64,000 nt of DNA from an uncultured Acidobacteriota bacterium (GTDB taxonomy: Bacteria; Acidobacteriota; JAQAZP01): positions 2,112,001 to 2,176,000 of the forward strand of contig CAWIIB010000001.1 in the NCBI GenBank assembly GCA_963836075.1, in the 5' to 3' direction. The translations under genes were made by a program, and so were the position numbers. Shown piece by piece: positions 10,239 to 20,717 of the stretch; the stretch's first letter is position 1, and the number at the start of each line of letters is the position of its first letter. The notes under the pieces were generated by a model. It saw only the letters and a list, made by a program, of their open reading frames with translations. It searched no databases and was not told the origin of the DNA.

Positions 10239-11708
10239 ATGCTGAAAGAGCACGCCAGGGCCATCGGCACATTTCACCTGCTGATGGACATGATACTCAC
10301 CGTGCTGGCCTTTGAAGCGGCTTACTTCCTGCGCGTGGAGATGGCCCAGACCCACCTGGTGCGCTACGTCTCCCTGTTCAAGGAGTTCTACCGGCCGATC
10401 CTCCCCTTCGATCTCTACCAGCTGTTGCTGATCCTGATTCTCCCGCTCTGGGCAGTGCTGCTCTACGGCTTCGGCTCCTACCGTTCCCAGCGGCTGGTCT
10501 CGATGAAGGCCCAGGCCTGGTCCCTCTTCCAGGCGATCTTCTCCGGCGGGATCCTGCTGGTTATCCTGATCTTCTTCACCCGCATCGGCGGTATCGAGAT
10601 CGCCAACGTCAGCCGGACCCTGATCATCACCTTTGTGATCATCAACTATGTCCTGCTGCTCACCGAGCGTCTGGTGGCCCGGCAACTGCTCAGTTTCTGG
10701 CGGCGCCGGGGCTACAACTTCCGCACCGTGCTGGTCATCGGCTCGGGCGAGCAGGCCCGCAAGCTGGCCGGACTGGTGGAAGAGAACACGGAGTGGGGCC
10801 TGCGGATGCTCGGGTTTGCCACTGATGACAAAGAGGTGCTGAACACCGGCGAGCTGCAAGGACGGCCGGTGATGGGACATATCACCGACATGGAGCAGAT
10901 CATTCACCAGAACGTGGTGGACGAAGTGATCTTTGCCGTACCGCGAACAAAGCTCTGGGACATGGAGGACATCTTCCTCCTCTGCGAGGAAGAGGGGATC
11001 CGCACCTGGGTGGCCGCCAATTTCTTCCCGCACCTGGTGGCCAAGATCCAGCTGGACGACTTGCAGGGGCTGCCCCTGCTGACCTACACCACCACGCCGA
11101 CCAACGAGTTCATGCTGCTGATCAAACGGATCTTCGACCTGGTGGTGGCCCTGGTGATGCTGGTCATCCACGCCGTGCCGATGATGGCCATCGCGGCGGC
11201 GATCAAGTTCACCTCCAAAGGCCCGGTCTTCTTCAGGCAGGAGAGGCTGGGCCTTAACGGCCGCCCCTTCACCATGCTCAAATTCCGCTCCATGGTGGCT
11301 GACGCCGAGGAACAGAAGGCGCAGCTGGCCGACAGCAACGAAATGGACGGTCCGGCGTTCAAGATGAAGCACGATCCGCGGGTCACCTGGGTCGGCCGCA
11401 TCATCCGCACCCTGAGCCTTGACGAACTGCCGCAGATGATCAATGTGCTGCTGGGCCAGATGTCGCTGGTGGGCCCGCGGCCCGCCCCGCGGGAAGAAGT
11501 GGAGGCGTACCAGCGGTGGCAGCGCAGGCGGCTGAGCATGAAGCCGGGCATCACATGTTTCTGGCAGATCGCCGGCCGCAACAAGGTCGACTTCGACGAG
11601 TGGATGCGTCTGGACCTGCAATACATCGACAACTGGAGTTTTGGCCTGGACCTGAAAATTCTGCTGAAAACCATCCCCGCGGTCTTTTTCGCCCGCGGGG
11701 CCTCGTAA
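10239..11708 (+). CDS. Undecaprenyl-phosphate sugar phosphotransferase (priming glycosyltransferase, WcaJ/CpsE family)
   Basis: N-terminal TM helices, CoA-binding-like middle, C-terminal KFRSM, DPRVT, SLDELPQ..NVL.GQMSLVGPRP, KPGIT. Confidence 0.95.
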   Translation: MLKEHARAIGTFHLLMDMILTVLAFEAAYFLRVEMAQTHLVRYVSLFKEFYRPILPFDLYQLLLILILPLWAVLLYGFGSYRSQRLVSMKAQAWSLFQAIFSGGILLVILIFFTRIGGIEIANVSRTLIITFVIINYVLLLTERLVARQLLSFWRRRGYNFRTVLVIGSGEQARKLAGLVEENTEWGLRMLGFATDDKEVLNTGELQGRPVMGHITDMEQIIHQNVVDEVIFAVPRTKLWDMEDIFLLCEEEGIRTWVAANFFPHLVAKIQLDDLQGLPLLTYTTTPTNEFMLLIKRIFDLVVALVMLVIHAVPMMAIAAAIKFTSKGPVFFRQERLGLNGRPFTMLKFRSMVADAEEQKAQLADSNEMDGPAFKMKHDPRVTWVGRIIRTLSLDELPQMINVLLGQMSLVGPRPAPREEVEAYQRWQRRRLSMKPGITCFWQIAGRNKVDFDEWMRLDLQYIDNWSFGLDLKILLKTIPAVFFARGAS

Positions 11709-11730
11709 CGCCACACGACCGGAGATCCCC

Positions 11731-13383
11731 ATGCCCAGAACCGTGTTGATCGTCCTCTCGATCCTGCTGCTGCTCACCACCGGCTGCGAGCGCCCGGAGC
11801 GGCCCGCAACCGGGTCGGAGCCGATCCTCTTTCTCGGCCTCGACGGCGCCTCGCCCGAGATCTGCACCCTGATGGCCGCCCGCGGGGAACTGCCCACTCT
11901 GGCGGCGCTGATGGAGGATGGCTGGACGAGCCGGATGGAGACCTACATCCCCACCGTCTCCCCGCTGATCTGGAACAGCATGGCCACCGGGAAATCGTGG
12001 CTCCGGCTGGGCATCCACCTGGCCGACATGAAGCGCGGCTTCCGCGGCACGATGCTCGAACCGGCTCCGGTGTGGCGGGTGGCCTCCCACGGCGGGAAAA
12101 AAGTGGCGGTGCTCAACTGGTGGCTCACCTGGCCGGCGGAAGAACTGAATGGCCACGTGATGAGCGACCGGGCGCCCTACTTCCTCTTCGAGCCGCCCGA
12201 AGAAACCCGCAAGTCGCGGCTCACCTGGCCGGCCCGGTGGATCGACTCGATGGACGACCTGCGCCGGCCCAAGGCCGATGCCGGCGAGATCATCAAGGCC
12301 TTCGGCCTCGACCCGGCGCTGCACGATGAAATCGTGGCCGCCGAAGGCTTCGGCGAAGTGCAGGAACACCTGGCCCGGGACAAGATCGTCCTCCAGGTGG
12401 CCCGGCGGCTGATCGAGGGTGAGCTGCCCGACTTCACCGCGGTGCTGGTGCGCGGCCTCGACGTGACCCAGCACGGCTACTGGCCCACCCCCGGCGGCAC
12501 CGGCGTGGCCGCCGATTCGGCGGTGGTGGGCGGCGCCTACCGCTACTACGACCGGCGGCTGGGCGAGTTGGTGGAGCTGTTCCTGGAAAAGGCGCCCAAT
12601 GGACGGATCCTGGTGGTCTCGGACCATGGCTTCCGGCCGCGGCACGAGCTGTTCCAGCAACAGAACCGGGCCGACCTCAACCCCCAGGCCCTGCTGAACC
12701 TGCTGGGGATGAAGGAGCTGCGGGCCGGGGACCGGCTGTTCCGCTTCCGGGCGGTGGAACAGCACTCCTTTGCCCGCGAGGTGTTCATCGAAGCCCGGGA
12801 GGTCGTTGGCGGCAAGGCCATGACGGCCGAACAGCCGGTACCGGAGCAGGTGATTCAGCGGCTGATCGACGGCCTGGCCGGACTGCAGACCACGGGTGGC
12901 AAACCGTTCTTCATCGATCCGCGGCCGGCCCCTGGCCTGGAGTGGTGCCACGTGCGGGCCGAGGTCAATCCCGAGATCCGGCAGCAGGACACCATGGAAA
13001 CCGACACCGGGCCGATCACCCTGGCCTCCATGGGAATGAGCGGGATCCGGCCCAGGTCGATCCCGCCGGGGCAGCATTTCTTCGGTCCGGACGGCATCTT
13101 TATCGGCGCCGGCCCCGGCCTGCCGCTGGGGGGATCGTTCGAAGAGCAGGCCCGGATCGCCGTGGCCGATGTGGGGCCGACCCTGCTGGCGATGATGGGA
13201 TTGCCGCCGGCCCGGGACATGGACGGACGGCCCTGCGCGCCGCTCCTCGGGGAAGTGGATGAGGCGGGCTTCGTCGACAGCTATGACCATCTGGACGCGG
13301 CGGGAGGAGAGGTGGAGGACGACGATTCCGGCCTGGACGAGCGGCGCAAGGAAGAATACCGGGCCCTGGGGTATATCGAGTGA
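11731..13383 (+). CDS. Alkaline phosphatase superfamily / type I phosphodiesterase lipoprotein
   Basis: Lipobox LLTTGC; GLDGAS, PTVSPLIWNSMATGK, VVSDHGF, DVGPTLL; C-terminal RALGYIE. Confidence 0.8.
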   Translation: MPRTVLIVLSILLLLTTGCERPERPATGSEPILFLGLDGASPEICTLMAARGELPTLAALMEDGWTSRMETYIPTVSPLIWNSMATGKSWLRLGIHLADMKRGFRGTMLEPAPVWRVASHGGKKVAVLNWWLTWPAEELNGHVMSDRAPYFLFEPPEETRKSRLTWPARWIDSMDDLRRPKADAGEIIKAFGLDPALHDEIVAAEGFGEVQEHLARDKIVLQVARRLIEGELPDFTAVLVRGLDVTQHGYWPTPGGTGVAADSAVVGGAYRYYDRRLGELVELFLEKAPNGRILVVSDHGFRPRHELFQQQNRADLNPQALLNLLGMKELRAGDRLFRFRAVEQHSFAREVFIEAREVVGGKAMTAEQPVPEQVIQRLIDGLAGLQTTGGKPFFIDPRPAPGLEWCHVRAEVNPEIRQQDTMETDTGPITLASMGMSGIRPRSIPPGQHFFGPDGIFIGAGPGLPLGGSFEEQARIAVADVGPTLLAMMGLPPARDMDGRPCAPLLGEVDEAGFVDSYDHLDAAGGEVEDDDSGLDERRKEEYRALGYIE

Positions 13384-14276
13384 GATGGTGGAATCCCAGA
13401 TGCATGGCACTGTTCCTCCCCGTCCTGTTCTGCCTGCTCACCGGCTGCAACAACTTTCACCGGGTCCCGGTGACCGGAGGTGAAATGGACACCACTGCTG
13501 AAACCACGGCCGACGGCCAGCTGAGGCTTGACGTGATCCACGTGGGCTACGGCGACTGTCTGCTGCTCCGCGGGCCGGATGGCCAGACGGCAATGGTTGA
13601 CGGCGGCCCCCTCGACGCCGGCGAGCGGATCGCCGCTTTTCTCCGCGAACAGAACGTGGAACGCATTGACCTGCTGGTGCTGACCCACCCCCACCCGGAC
13701 CACGTTGACGGCCTGGCCGGCATCTTCGACCAGCTGGAGGTCGGCCGAATTCTGGAAAGCGGCCTGGAATACGAAGAGAGCCTGCACGCCGAGCTGCTCC
13801 GCCGAGCTGCGGAGAGGGGCATCCCGGTATACCGTCTGGCTCCCGGAATGAAGATCGGGGACCTGGGTGACAAAGTGGAGTGGGAGGTTCTCCACCTTGG
13901 CGAGTTCCACAATCTCAACGAAGCGTCGGCGGTGATGCGCCTGCAGTATGGCCAGCGGGTCTTTCTCCTGATGGGAGATGCCGAAGTGAAGGCCGAGCGG
14001 CTGTTGCTGGAGACCCTGGGCCCGGAAGGCCTCGGGGCCGACGTGGTCAAGGTGGGGCACCACGCCAATGTCAGCGATCCCGACTTCATCGCCGCCATGA
14101 CCGCCGAGACGGCGCTGGTCACCCTGGGGAAAAACCCCTGGGACGCCCCCAACGATGACACGCTGGCCGCCTGGCAGGCCACCGGCGCCCGCATCCTGCG
14201 CACCGACGTGCACGGCAACATCGCCGTGGTCACCGACGGGGAATCGCTGGAGATCACGGTTTCCCGCGGCGAGTAG
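13380..14276 (+). CDS. ComEC/Rec2-like metallo-beta-lactamase fold lipoprotein (nuclease-type)
   Basis: Lipobox LLTGC; VGYGDC, VDGG, THPHPDHVDG, LMGDAE, KVGHHA, LRTDVHGNI. Confidence 0.85.
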   Translation: MRWWNPRCMALFLPVLFCLLTGCNNFHRVPVTGGEMDTTAETTADGQLRLDVIHVGYGDCLLLRGPDGQTAMVDGGPLDAGERIAAFLREQNVERIDLLVLTHPHPDHVDGLAGIFDQLEVGRILESGLEYEESLHAELLRRAAERGIPVYRLAPGMKIGDLGDKVEWEVLHLGEFHNLNEASAVMRLQYGQRVFLLMGDAEVKAERLLLETLGPEGLGADVVKVGHHANVSDPDFIAAMTAETALVTLGKNPWDAPNDDTLAAWQATGARILRTDVHGNIAVVTDGESLEITVSRGE

Positions 14277-14282
14277 TCAAAC

Positions 14283-14909
14283 TTACAGGCCGAGAAAACG
14301 AAGCACCCTGGTAGCCGACTGTTCCAGCGGCGCCTCGCCGTCCAGCACCAGATCAGCCCGGTAGCGGGTGGGGATGACATGCTCAACAGCCATGGGCTGG
14401 ACCGTTTCCCGCCACTGCTTCTCCACATACTCTCGCTCGATGCCCCGCTCCCTGGCGTCCCGCTCCAGCCGGCGCAGAAACGAAACCTGCTCGTCGACCT
14501 CCATGTAGACCGCCAGGTCGTAGTGCGAGCGGAGAGACTCCCGGAGCAGTGCGAAGAGCCCCTCGACGATGAGCAGTTCTGTCGGCCCCACCCGCACTCC
14601 GTATGGTTCCCTGACGTGGCGGGCATAGTTGTAGACCGGGTGCTCCACCGCCTCGCCGCCGAGCAGGGCCTGGAGGTGTGCTTCCAGCAGCGGCCACTCC
14701 AGCGCCTGGGGATCGTCAAAGTTGCGCCGGTCCGCTTCGGCCGACGGGATGCCCGAAAGGTCGTAGTAATAGGCATCCATGGGGAAGATCGCCGGATCCC
14801 GGTCCGCGATCAGCCGGCAAAGTTCGCGGCCCAGGCCGCTCTTGCCCGAACAGGATGGGCCGGCAATACCGATCACCAGCGGCCGGGCGGAATGTTCATC
14901 AGAGTTCAT
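14283..14909 (-). CDS. udk: Uridine kinase
   Basis: IGIAGPSCSGKS, DAYY, NFDDPQA, IVEGLF, RRLERDARERG; start MNSDEH overlaps the upstream stop. Confidence 0.85.
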   Translation of the reverse strand: MNSDEHSARPLVIGIAGPSCSGKSGLGRELCRLIADRDPAIFPMDAYYYDLSGIPSAEADRRNFDDPQALEWPLLEAHLQALLGGEAVEHPVYNYARHVREPYGVRVGPTELLIVEGLFALLRESLRSHYDLAVYMEVDEQVSFLRRLERDARERGIEREYVEKQWRETVQPMAVEHVIPTRYRADLVLDGEAPLEQSATRVLRFLGL

Positions 14910-15996
14910 CCTGCGACTCCTTTGCCTGCAGACCAAGGTGCCAGAATGTCCCGCTGTTCCGTGCGGCAACCTCCAGCGGCGGCCGAAAGCGAAGCGACTC
15001 GAGGGCCTCACGGACCTTGCTGCCGGTCAGCGCGCCGCTCCTCCCGTGCCAGCTGTAACAGTAGAGGCAACATCCCCCGGTGCCGCCCCCCTCGTATTGC
15101 GTGGCACAGGTGCGGAAGCCGGTGGAGTAGGAGATGTCCACGCTGTAGCTGCAGCCGCATCGCGGGCGCTGCCCGCCCTTGCGCTTCACATTGTGCAGGA
15201 CGGTCTCCACTGCAGGAGCGGATGCACCACAGTATTTCGCTCGCAGTCCGCTGATCCACTCTCCGTCGACACACCCGTCGCCGGAGACCCAGGGCTCCAG
15301 GGCCGGACTGCAGCAGATGGAGAAACGCCCGCCGGCGGCGTCCACCTTGCGCCCCACAACGGAATAAAAAGGTCGGTATCGTTCGGGATCATCACCCAGT
15401 ACCACAATGCCGGCCTCTTTCAACCGGGCAGAGGCGCCGCGGTACTTGAGATCGAGCACCGAGGAAGTCCATGTCTGCGCCCCGATCCTGCGGAACCGCT
15501 CGAACACCGGGGTGAAGAGATCCCCCGTGGCATTGGAGAGGACGAGCCGTTGACCACTGTGCGGTCCGTCGAGGATCGGTCCCAGGTCATACTCAGCCAC
15601 CGGGTCCCAGCGCAGCTTGACACAGTCCGGGCCAGCCAGCAGGCCCCGCTCGAGAATCTGTTCCAGCACTCCGGCCACCTCCGTCGGTCCGGGGATCCCC
15701 GGCTCCAGCGGGCTGCCCCCCAGCCCGGTGACCGACAGTTGGAGCAGTGCCAGGATACCCCGTTCCCGCAACCCGAGGAGCAGTCGTCCCAGCTCCGGGG
15801 AGTCTAGCAGCGCAGCCGGTTGCTTGGTCCAGAGCACCACCGCCCCCACATCATCAAGGTCGATGAAGAAGCCTGGCGAGCGCGGTCCACGCCTCGCCGG
15901 CGCCTTGCCGGCAAGGATCTCGGCCAGGTGGGCCGGATGCCAGCCGGCCAGGTCCCTGGTCCGCCCGGCGCTGATCACTGTCAATGGATTATCCAT
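14899..15996 (-). CDS. DUF1848 family protein
   Basis: VISAGRTRDL, VLWTKQP, LEPGIP, LRWDPV, GCVDG, C-terminal QRPRCGC..SVDI....C.....CCLYCY. Confidence 0.8.
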   Translation of the reverse strand: MDNPLTVISAGRTRDLAGWHPAHLAEILAGKAPARRGPRSPGFFIDLDDVGAVVLWTKQPAALLDSPELGRLLLGLRERGILALLQLSVTGLGGSPLEPGIPGPTEVAGVLEQILERGLLAGPDCVKLRWDPVAEYDLGPILDGPHSGQRLVLSNATGDLFTPVFERFRRIGAQTWTSSVLDLKYRGASARLKEAGIVVLGDDPERYRPFYSVVGRKVDAAGGRFSICCSPALEPWVSGDGCVDGEWISGLRAKYCGASAPAVETVLHNVKRKGGQRPRCGCSYSVDISYSTGFRTCATQYEGGGTGGCCLYCYSWHGRSGALTGSKVREALESLRFRPPLEVAARNSGTFWHLGLQAKESQDEL

Positions 15997-16099
15997 GGAT
16001 CCAGTTTAAATGCCCAAAACCTGCCGATGCAATCATTGATTTCTTCCCCACCCCTGCGGAACCGACGGCAAGCATCATCAGGCCATGGAAGTAGCACGA

Positions 16100-16185
16100 T
16101 GCAGCTTGTGGCTGGGGCTATCCGTCTGGCGACGTTGGAGCGTAGCGACCGGAGCAAAGACGGATATCCCCAGCTGCCAGCTGCA
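16100..16185. repeat. Long imperfect inverted repeat (REP/MITE-like hairpin)
   Basis: TGCAGCTTGTGGCTGGGGCTATCCGTCT ... AGACGGATATCCCCAGCTGCCAGCTGCA around a 30-nt loop. Confidence 0.65.
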
Positions 16186-16203
16186 CTTTGACCCAGGATA
16201 GTA

Positions 16204-16929
16204 CTAGTCGTTGGTGAAGCCGTCCTTGATCTCGAGGAACTTGTCCAGTCCCAGGAACTCAAGGATTTCTTCCGAGGCGGCGAGGCACGTCTCGGGGGTC
16301 AGGCAGTTCTTGTGCTTCTCCATGATCCGCACGCACTCCCGGGCCTCCTTGCGCAGCTTGGGCAGGGCACCCTTGCGGCAACGCATGATGGTGTTCTTCT
16401 GGGGCGCGTTGGCGAAGAAGTAGAGGTTGGCCGCGGAGAGCTGCAGCCCCTTGTAGATCAGGGACCGCTTCCCGGGCAGGCGCACACGCTCGGAGTAGGT
16501 GGAAAAGAGATAGTCGAAGAGCGGCTTCTGCAGGATCCGCTGGGAGATCTTCTGCTTGCGCAGTTCCTTGTCCAGCCGGGGGTGCTCCACCAGGCTCTTG
16601 ATTGCCGTACGGACCTTGATCCCCACCTCGCGGTCCACCCCGTCGCGGATCTGGAAGCGGAATCCCGGGAAGCCGAGCACGATGTTGATGTAGTTGTGCA
16701 TCAACTCGTGGGCCACGGTGGCCATCTGGAATTTTTCGTTGTTGAACTCGGGGTTGAAAAAGATCAGGACAATCCGGGCATTGAAATAGGTGAAGGTGTA
16801 ACCGAACCCGGGGACGATGCCGTGGTGCCGGCGGACCGGGAAATACTCCACCTTCCAGCCCTGGTAGCCGGAGATCTGCTGGTGCAGACCGATCAGTGGC
16901 TGTGGGAATTCATACCCCAGACGTTCCAT
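16204..16929 (-). CDS. Hypothetical protein with HEXXH zinc-metallopeptidase motif
   Basis: TVAHELMH plus downstream ..SLVEH; Lys/Arg-rich; gene-like codon usage. Confidence 0.65.
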   Translation of the reverse strand: MERLGYEFPQPLIGLHQQISGYQGWKVEYFPVRRHHGIVPGFGYTFTYFNARIVLIFFNPEFNNEKFQMATVAHELMHNYINIVLGFPGFRFQIRDGVDREVGIKVRTAIKSLVEHPRLDKELRKQKISQRILQKPLFDYLFSTYSERVRLPGKRSLIYKGLQLSAANLYFFANAPQKNTIMRCRKGALPKLRKEARECVRIMEKHKNCLTPETCLAASEEILEFLGLDKFLEIKDGFTND

Positions 16930-16971
16930 CCGGTGGACTCCGCCAACACATATACCGCGGTTCAGTTCTTT

Positions 16972-17005
16972 CCCGGCCGGCGACCCGGGTGGACCGTCGG
17001 CCGGG
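16972..17005. terminator. GC-rich stem-loop downstream of the DUF4412 gene
   Basis: CCCGGCCGGCG...CGTCGGCCGGG hairpin; weak U-tract. Confidence 0.4.
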
Positions 17006-17031
17006 CAGTGAAAGTCACCAATCGGTCAGGA

Positions 17032-17796
17032 CTACTGGCCGGGCGCCATGGCCTGCATCGCCTGCATCATGTCGCCTTCCTTCTTGGTATACCCCTCGGG
17101 GGCGGTGAAGGTGGAGGCGGCAAACGACTCTTTCTTGATCTTCTGGACCAAACTCTCCGACTCGACATTCTGCCCCATGACGTTCATCGTGGTCTTGGTC
17201 ATGATGGGATAGCCGTCGATCTTCTTCATCTCATCCTGGAATTTCTTGAGCATGGCGGCCTGGCCGAGCATGTCGGTCATTTCCAGGTAGTCGTCCATCT
17301 TGATCTCGGTGTCCTTGGTGACCCACATCTCCTGGGTCATGGACATCTGCCCGCCAAGGGTCATGACAACCTTTTCACAGTTCCAGTCACCAATTTTCTT
17401 CTTCTCGCCGGTCTTCTCCACCGTGGGCTGGGCGTCACCCATCATCCCCTCCATCATCGCCATGCCCATTTCCAGCATCGCCTTGAATTCTTCCTCCGCC
17501 ACCACGTAATACTCTTTTTTGGAGTGGGAGACGATGGTCAGCATCTTGGAGGCGGCGTCAAAGATCATATCGGAGTCATTTCCGGTGGCCATTTTCATCT
17601 TGGTCGGGGTCATGTACATCGTGGTCAGCTGTTCGGAGGGCGGCTGGCCCATCATGCCCCCGCTCTTGACCATCGACTCGATAATAAAACCTTCGTCACC
17701 GGCCTGAACCGCAGAAGGGACCAGCAGGCCCAGGCTGAGGACGAGAGCCACCAGGGACATGCCGGAATGTAACGAGAACAGTTTTCCGCAGCGCAT
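17032..17796 (-). CDS. Secreted DUF4412-like protein
   Basis: Signal peptide; KTGEKKKIGDWNCEKV, EMWVT, GYPIM, FTAPEGYTK; GAGG upstream of MRCGK. Confidence 0.75.
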   Translation of the reverse strand: MRCGKLFSLHSGMSLVALVLSLGLLVPSAVQAGDEGFIIESMVKSGGMMGQPPSEQLTTMYMTPTKMKMATGNDSDMIFDAASKMLTIVSHSKKEYYVVAEEEFKAMLEMGMAMMEGMMGDAQPTVEKTGEKKKIGDWNCEKVVMTLGGQMSMTQEMWVTKDTEIKMDDYLEMTDMLGQAAMLKKFQDEMKKIDGYPIMTKTTMNVMGQNVESESLVQKIKKESFAASTFTAPEGYTKKEGDMMQAMQAMAPGQ

Positions 17797-17953
17797 ACGA
17801 TTTTCCTCCACAAGTGGTCTGCCTCCTCCGAGCGGCGGTGATCTCACGGCACTCCCCGGGGGTCGGCCTGTTGATAACGTTTCTGTGGTAGTTCTGGCGA
17901 ATTATACCCCATTCGGGTCGATTAACAAACAGGGCAATATGCCATTATTCCGG

Positions 17954-19021
17954 TCACACAACGAGCATGCAGTCACCGTAACTGTAAAACCGGTATCGTT
18001 CCCGAACCGCCTCCGAATAAGCCTCCAGCACCGCCTCACGGCCGGCCAGGGCGCTGACCAGCATGATCAGGGTCGACTCCGGGAGGTGGAAATTGGTCAG
18101 CAGGGCATCGATACAGCCAAACCGGTAGCCAGGGTAGATAAAGATGTCCGCTTCCCCCGACAGCCGGCACAACCGGCCCTCCGCCCCGGACCAGGCGTAT
18201 TCCAGCGCCCGGGTGGTGGTGGTGCCCACCGCCACCAGGCGCCGCCCCTCCCGTTTACCCCGCTCCACCGCTGCGGCCGTCTCCCGCGGGATGTGGAAAA
18301 GCTCCAGTTCCATCCGGTGCTCGGCCACCTTTTCCACCCGCACCGGCATGAACGTCCCCGGCCCCACATGGAGGGTCAAGGCAAGCCGCTCCACCCCCCG
18401 GCGGTCCAGATCGTCCAGCACCTGCGGAGTGAAGTGCAGACCGGCGGTGGGGGCGGCGATGGAACCGCTCTGCTCGGCGTAAACCGTCTGGTAGCGTTCA
18501 CGGTCCCGGGCTGCCTGGAGATCCCGCTCGCCACGACGGATGTAAGGCGGCAGGGGCATCCTGCCCAACCGTTCCAGCAGCGGTTCCAGCGCCCCCTGGT
18601 GGCCCAGGCGGCAGAGCCGGCGACCCGGGCCCACGCGCTCGATCACTTCGGCGGTGACCCGGTCATCACCCTCACCGAAGACCATGCGGCTTCCCGGCTT
18701 CAGCCGGCGGGCCGGACGACAGATCGCCTCCCAGAGACCGGGCTCCCGCTGGCGCACCAGCAGCAGTTCCACCCGTCCGCCGCTCCCCTCCCGCCGGCCC
18801 AGCAGACGGGCCGGAAAAACCCGGGTGTGGTTCATCACCAGCATGTCGTCAAGCGAGAGGAGTCCGGGCAGATCCCGGAACCGGTGGTGGCTGACCCGGC
18901 CGCTGGCCCGTTCCAGCAGCATCAGCCGCGAATCGTGCCGCTGGTCCAGCGGGGTCTGGGCGATCAGCTCCGGAGGCAGGTGGTAGTGAAAGTCTTTCAG
19001 CTCGAGGTGGGACATGATCAC
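17954..19021 (-). CDS. queA: S-adenosylmethionine:tRNA ribosyltransferase-isomerase
   Basis: [65 protein letters not shown]. Confidence 0.97.
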   Translation of the reverse strand: MIMSHLELKDFHYHLPPELIAQTPLDQRHDSRLMLLERASGRVSHHRFRDLPGLLSLDDMLVMNHTRVFPARLLGRREGSGGRVELLLVRQREPGLWEAICRPARRLKPGSRMVFGEGDDRVTAEVIERVGPGRRLCRLGHQGALEPLLERLGRMPLPPYIRRGERDLQAARDRERYQTVYAEQSGSIAAPTAGLHFTPQVLDDLDRRGVERLALTLHVGPGTFMPVRVEKVAEHRMELELFHIPRETAAAVERGKREGRRLVAVGTTTTRALEYAWSGAEGRLCRLSGEADIFIYPGYRFGCIDALLTNFHLPESTLIMLVSALAGREAVLEAYSEAVRERYRFYSYGDCMLVV

Positions 19022-20064
19022 CAGAGCTCTTCCTGGGCCGAACGGCCCCCTCCCGGTGTGAGGCCGAAGTGGGCATACCCCAGGCGGGTGACACAGCGGC
19101 CCCGCGGGGTGCGGTCGAGGAACCCGATCTGCAGCAGATAGGGCTCGAGGATCTCCTCGATGGCGTCCTTCTCCTCGCCGATGGAGGCGGCCAGGGTGTT
19201 CAGCCCCACCGGGCCACCCTCGAATTTCTCGATGATGGTCAGCAGCAGCTTGCGGTCCACGTCGTCGAGACCGCGGCCGTCCACGTCGAGAGTTTTCAGG
19301 GCCAGGCAGGCCACGTCGTGGCTGATCACCCCGTCGGCCCGCACCTCGGCGTAATCGCGCACCCGGCGCAGCAGCCGGTTGGCCACCCGGGGCGTGCCCC
19401 GCGAACGGCCGGCGATCTCGCCCACCCCCCCGGTTTCGGCGGAAACACCGAGGATGCCGGCGGAACGGTTGACGATCCGCCGCATCTCCTCGTCGTTGTA
19501 GTAGCTGAGACGGTGGATGATGCCGAAGCGGTCGCGGAGCGGCGAAGTGAGCAGGCCGGCCCGGGTGGTGGCGCCCACCAGGGTGTATGGCTTCAGCGCC
19601 ACCTTGATCGAGCGGGCGCTGGGCCCCTGGCCCACCAGAATGTCGACGTTGTAATCCTCCATGGCCGGATAGAGGATCTCCTCCACCACCGGGCTCAGAC
19701 GGTGGATCTCGTCGATGAAAAGGACCTCGCCCTCTTCGAGGTTGGTCAGCATGGCCACCAGGTCCCCCGGCCGCTCGATCACCGGCCCCGAGGTGACCCG
19801 GATGGTGGTGGCCATCTCGATGGCCAGGATGTGGGCCAGGGTGGTCTTGCCCAGTCCCGGCTGCCCGTAGAGCAGCACGTGGTCCAGCGGGGCCCCCCGC
19901 TTGCAGGCGGCCTCCACTGAAATGGAGAGGTTCTCCTTGATCTGCTCCTGACCGATGTACTCGCCGAGGCTGCGCGGCCGGAGAGTGAGGTCAAGGCGGG
20001 CGTCGTCATCCATGGTGTCGCCACCGATGATCCGGTCACCCATTGGCTCGTCAGGTTCCATCAC
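19018..20064 (-). CDS. ruvB: Holliday junction branch migration helicase RuvB
   Basis: [47 protein letters not shown]. Confidence 0.97.
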   Translation of the reverse strand: MMEPDEPMGDRIIGGDTMDDDARLDLTLRPRSLGEYIGQEQIKENLSISVEAACKRGAPLDHVLLYGQPGLGKTTLAHILAIEMATTIRVTSGPVIERPGDLVAMLTNLEEGEVLFIDEIHRLSPVVEEILYPAMEDYNVDILVGQGPSARSIKVALKPYTLVGATTRAGLLTSPLRDRFGIIHRLSYYNDEEMRRIVNRSAGILGVSAETGGVGEIAGRSRGTPRVANRLLRRVRDYAEVRADGVISHDVACLALKTLDVDGRGLDDVDRKLLLTIIEKFEGGPVGLNTLAASIGEEKDAIEEILEPYLLQIGFLDRTPRGRCVTRLGYAHFGLTPGGGRSAQEELW

Positions 20065-20080
20065 GTCCGGCCTCCGGTGG

Positions 20081-20707
20081 TCAGCGGTTCAATCGGCCCA
20101 GCGCCCCGCGCAGCAGGCCTTCCAGGTCCAGTTGTTCCCGGGCCCGGCTGGTCTGCCCGGCAAGAAACCGGCGCACCGCCTCCCGGGCCTGGGGCGTGCG
20201 GTAGCCGAGGTTTTCCAGGGCGGAGACCGCGTCGGCGGCCAGCTGCCCCGCCTCGTCCAGCAGCGGTTCGGGTTCCGCCCCAGCGTCGCCTTCGGCCAGG
20301 CCCAGGCCGTCCAGCTTGTCGCGCAGTTCCAGCACCATCCGCTCGGCAGTCTTTTTCCCCACCCCGGGGATGGACTGGATCGACTTCAGGTCACCCTGGC
20401 GCACCGCCGAGGCCAGGGCCTCGGGGCTGAGGCCGGAGAGAACGGTCACCGCCAGTTTCGGCCCCACACCGGAGATGGTGATCAGCCGCTCGAAGAGTTC
20501 CTTCTCCAGGCCGGTGAGGAAACCGAAGAGGGCCAGGGTGTCCTCGCGGACGTGGGTGTGGATGTGGAGCGAAACCTCCGCTCCGGGCTCGCCCACCCGG
20601 CCCATGGTGCCCAGGGGGACCGTGGCCAGGTAGCCCACCCCGCCCACATCGAGGATCAGCCGGTCGGCCTCCTTCTCCACCACTATTCCGGTCAGCCGCG
20701 CGATCAT
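20081..20707 (-). CDS. ruvA: Holliday junction branch migration protein RuvA
   Basis: [46 protein letters not shown]. Confidence 0.96.
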   Translation of the reverse strand: MIARLTGIVVEKEADRLILDVGGVGYLATVPLGTMGRVGEPGAEVSLHIHTHVREDTLALFGFLTGLEKELFERLITISGVGPKLAVTVLSGLSPEALASAVRQGDLKSIQSIPGVGKKTAERMVLELRDKLDGLGLAEGDAGAEPEPLLDEAGQLAADAVSALENLGYRTPQAREAVRRFLAGQTSRAREQLDLEGLLRGALGRLNR

Positions 20708-20717
20708 CGTCTTCCTC

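Noticed and set aside
9078-11897. 939-aa minus-strand ORF
   Set aside because: Antisense shadow of the GT4 and sugar transferase genes; typical of high-GC3 DNA, no motifs
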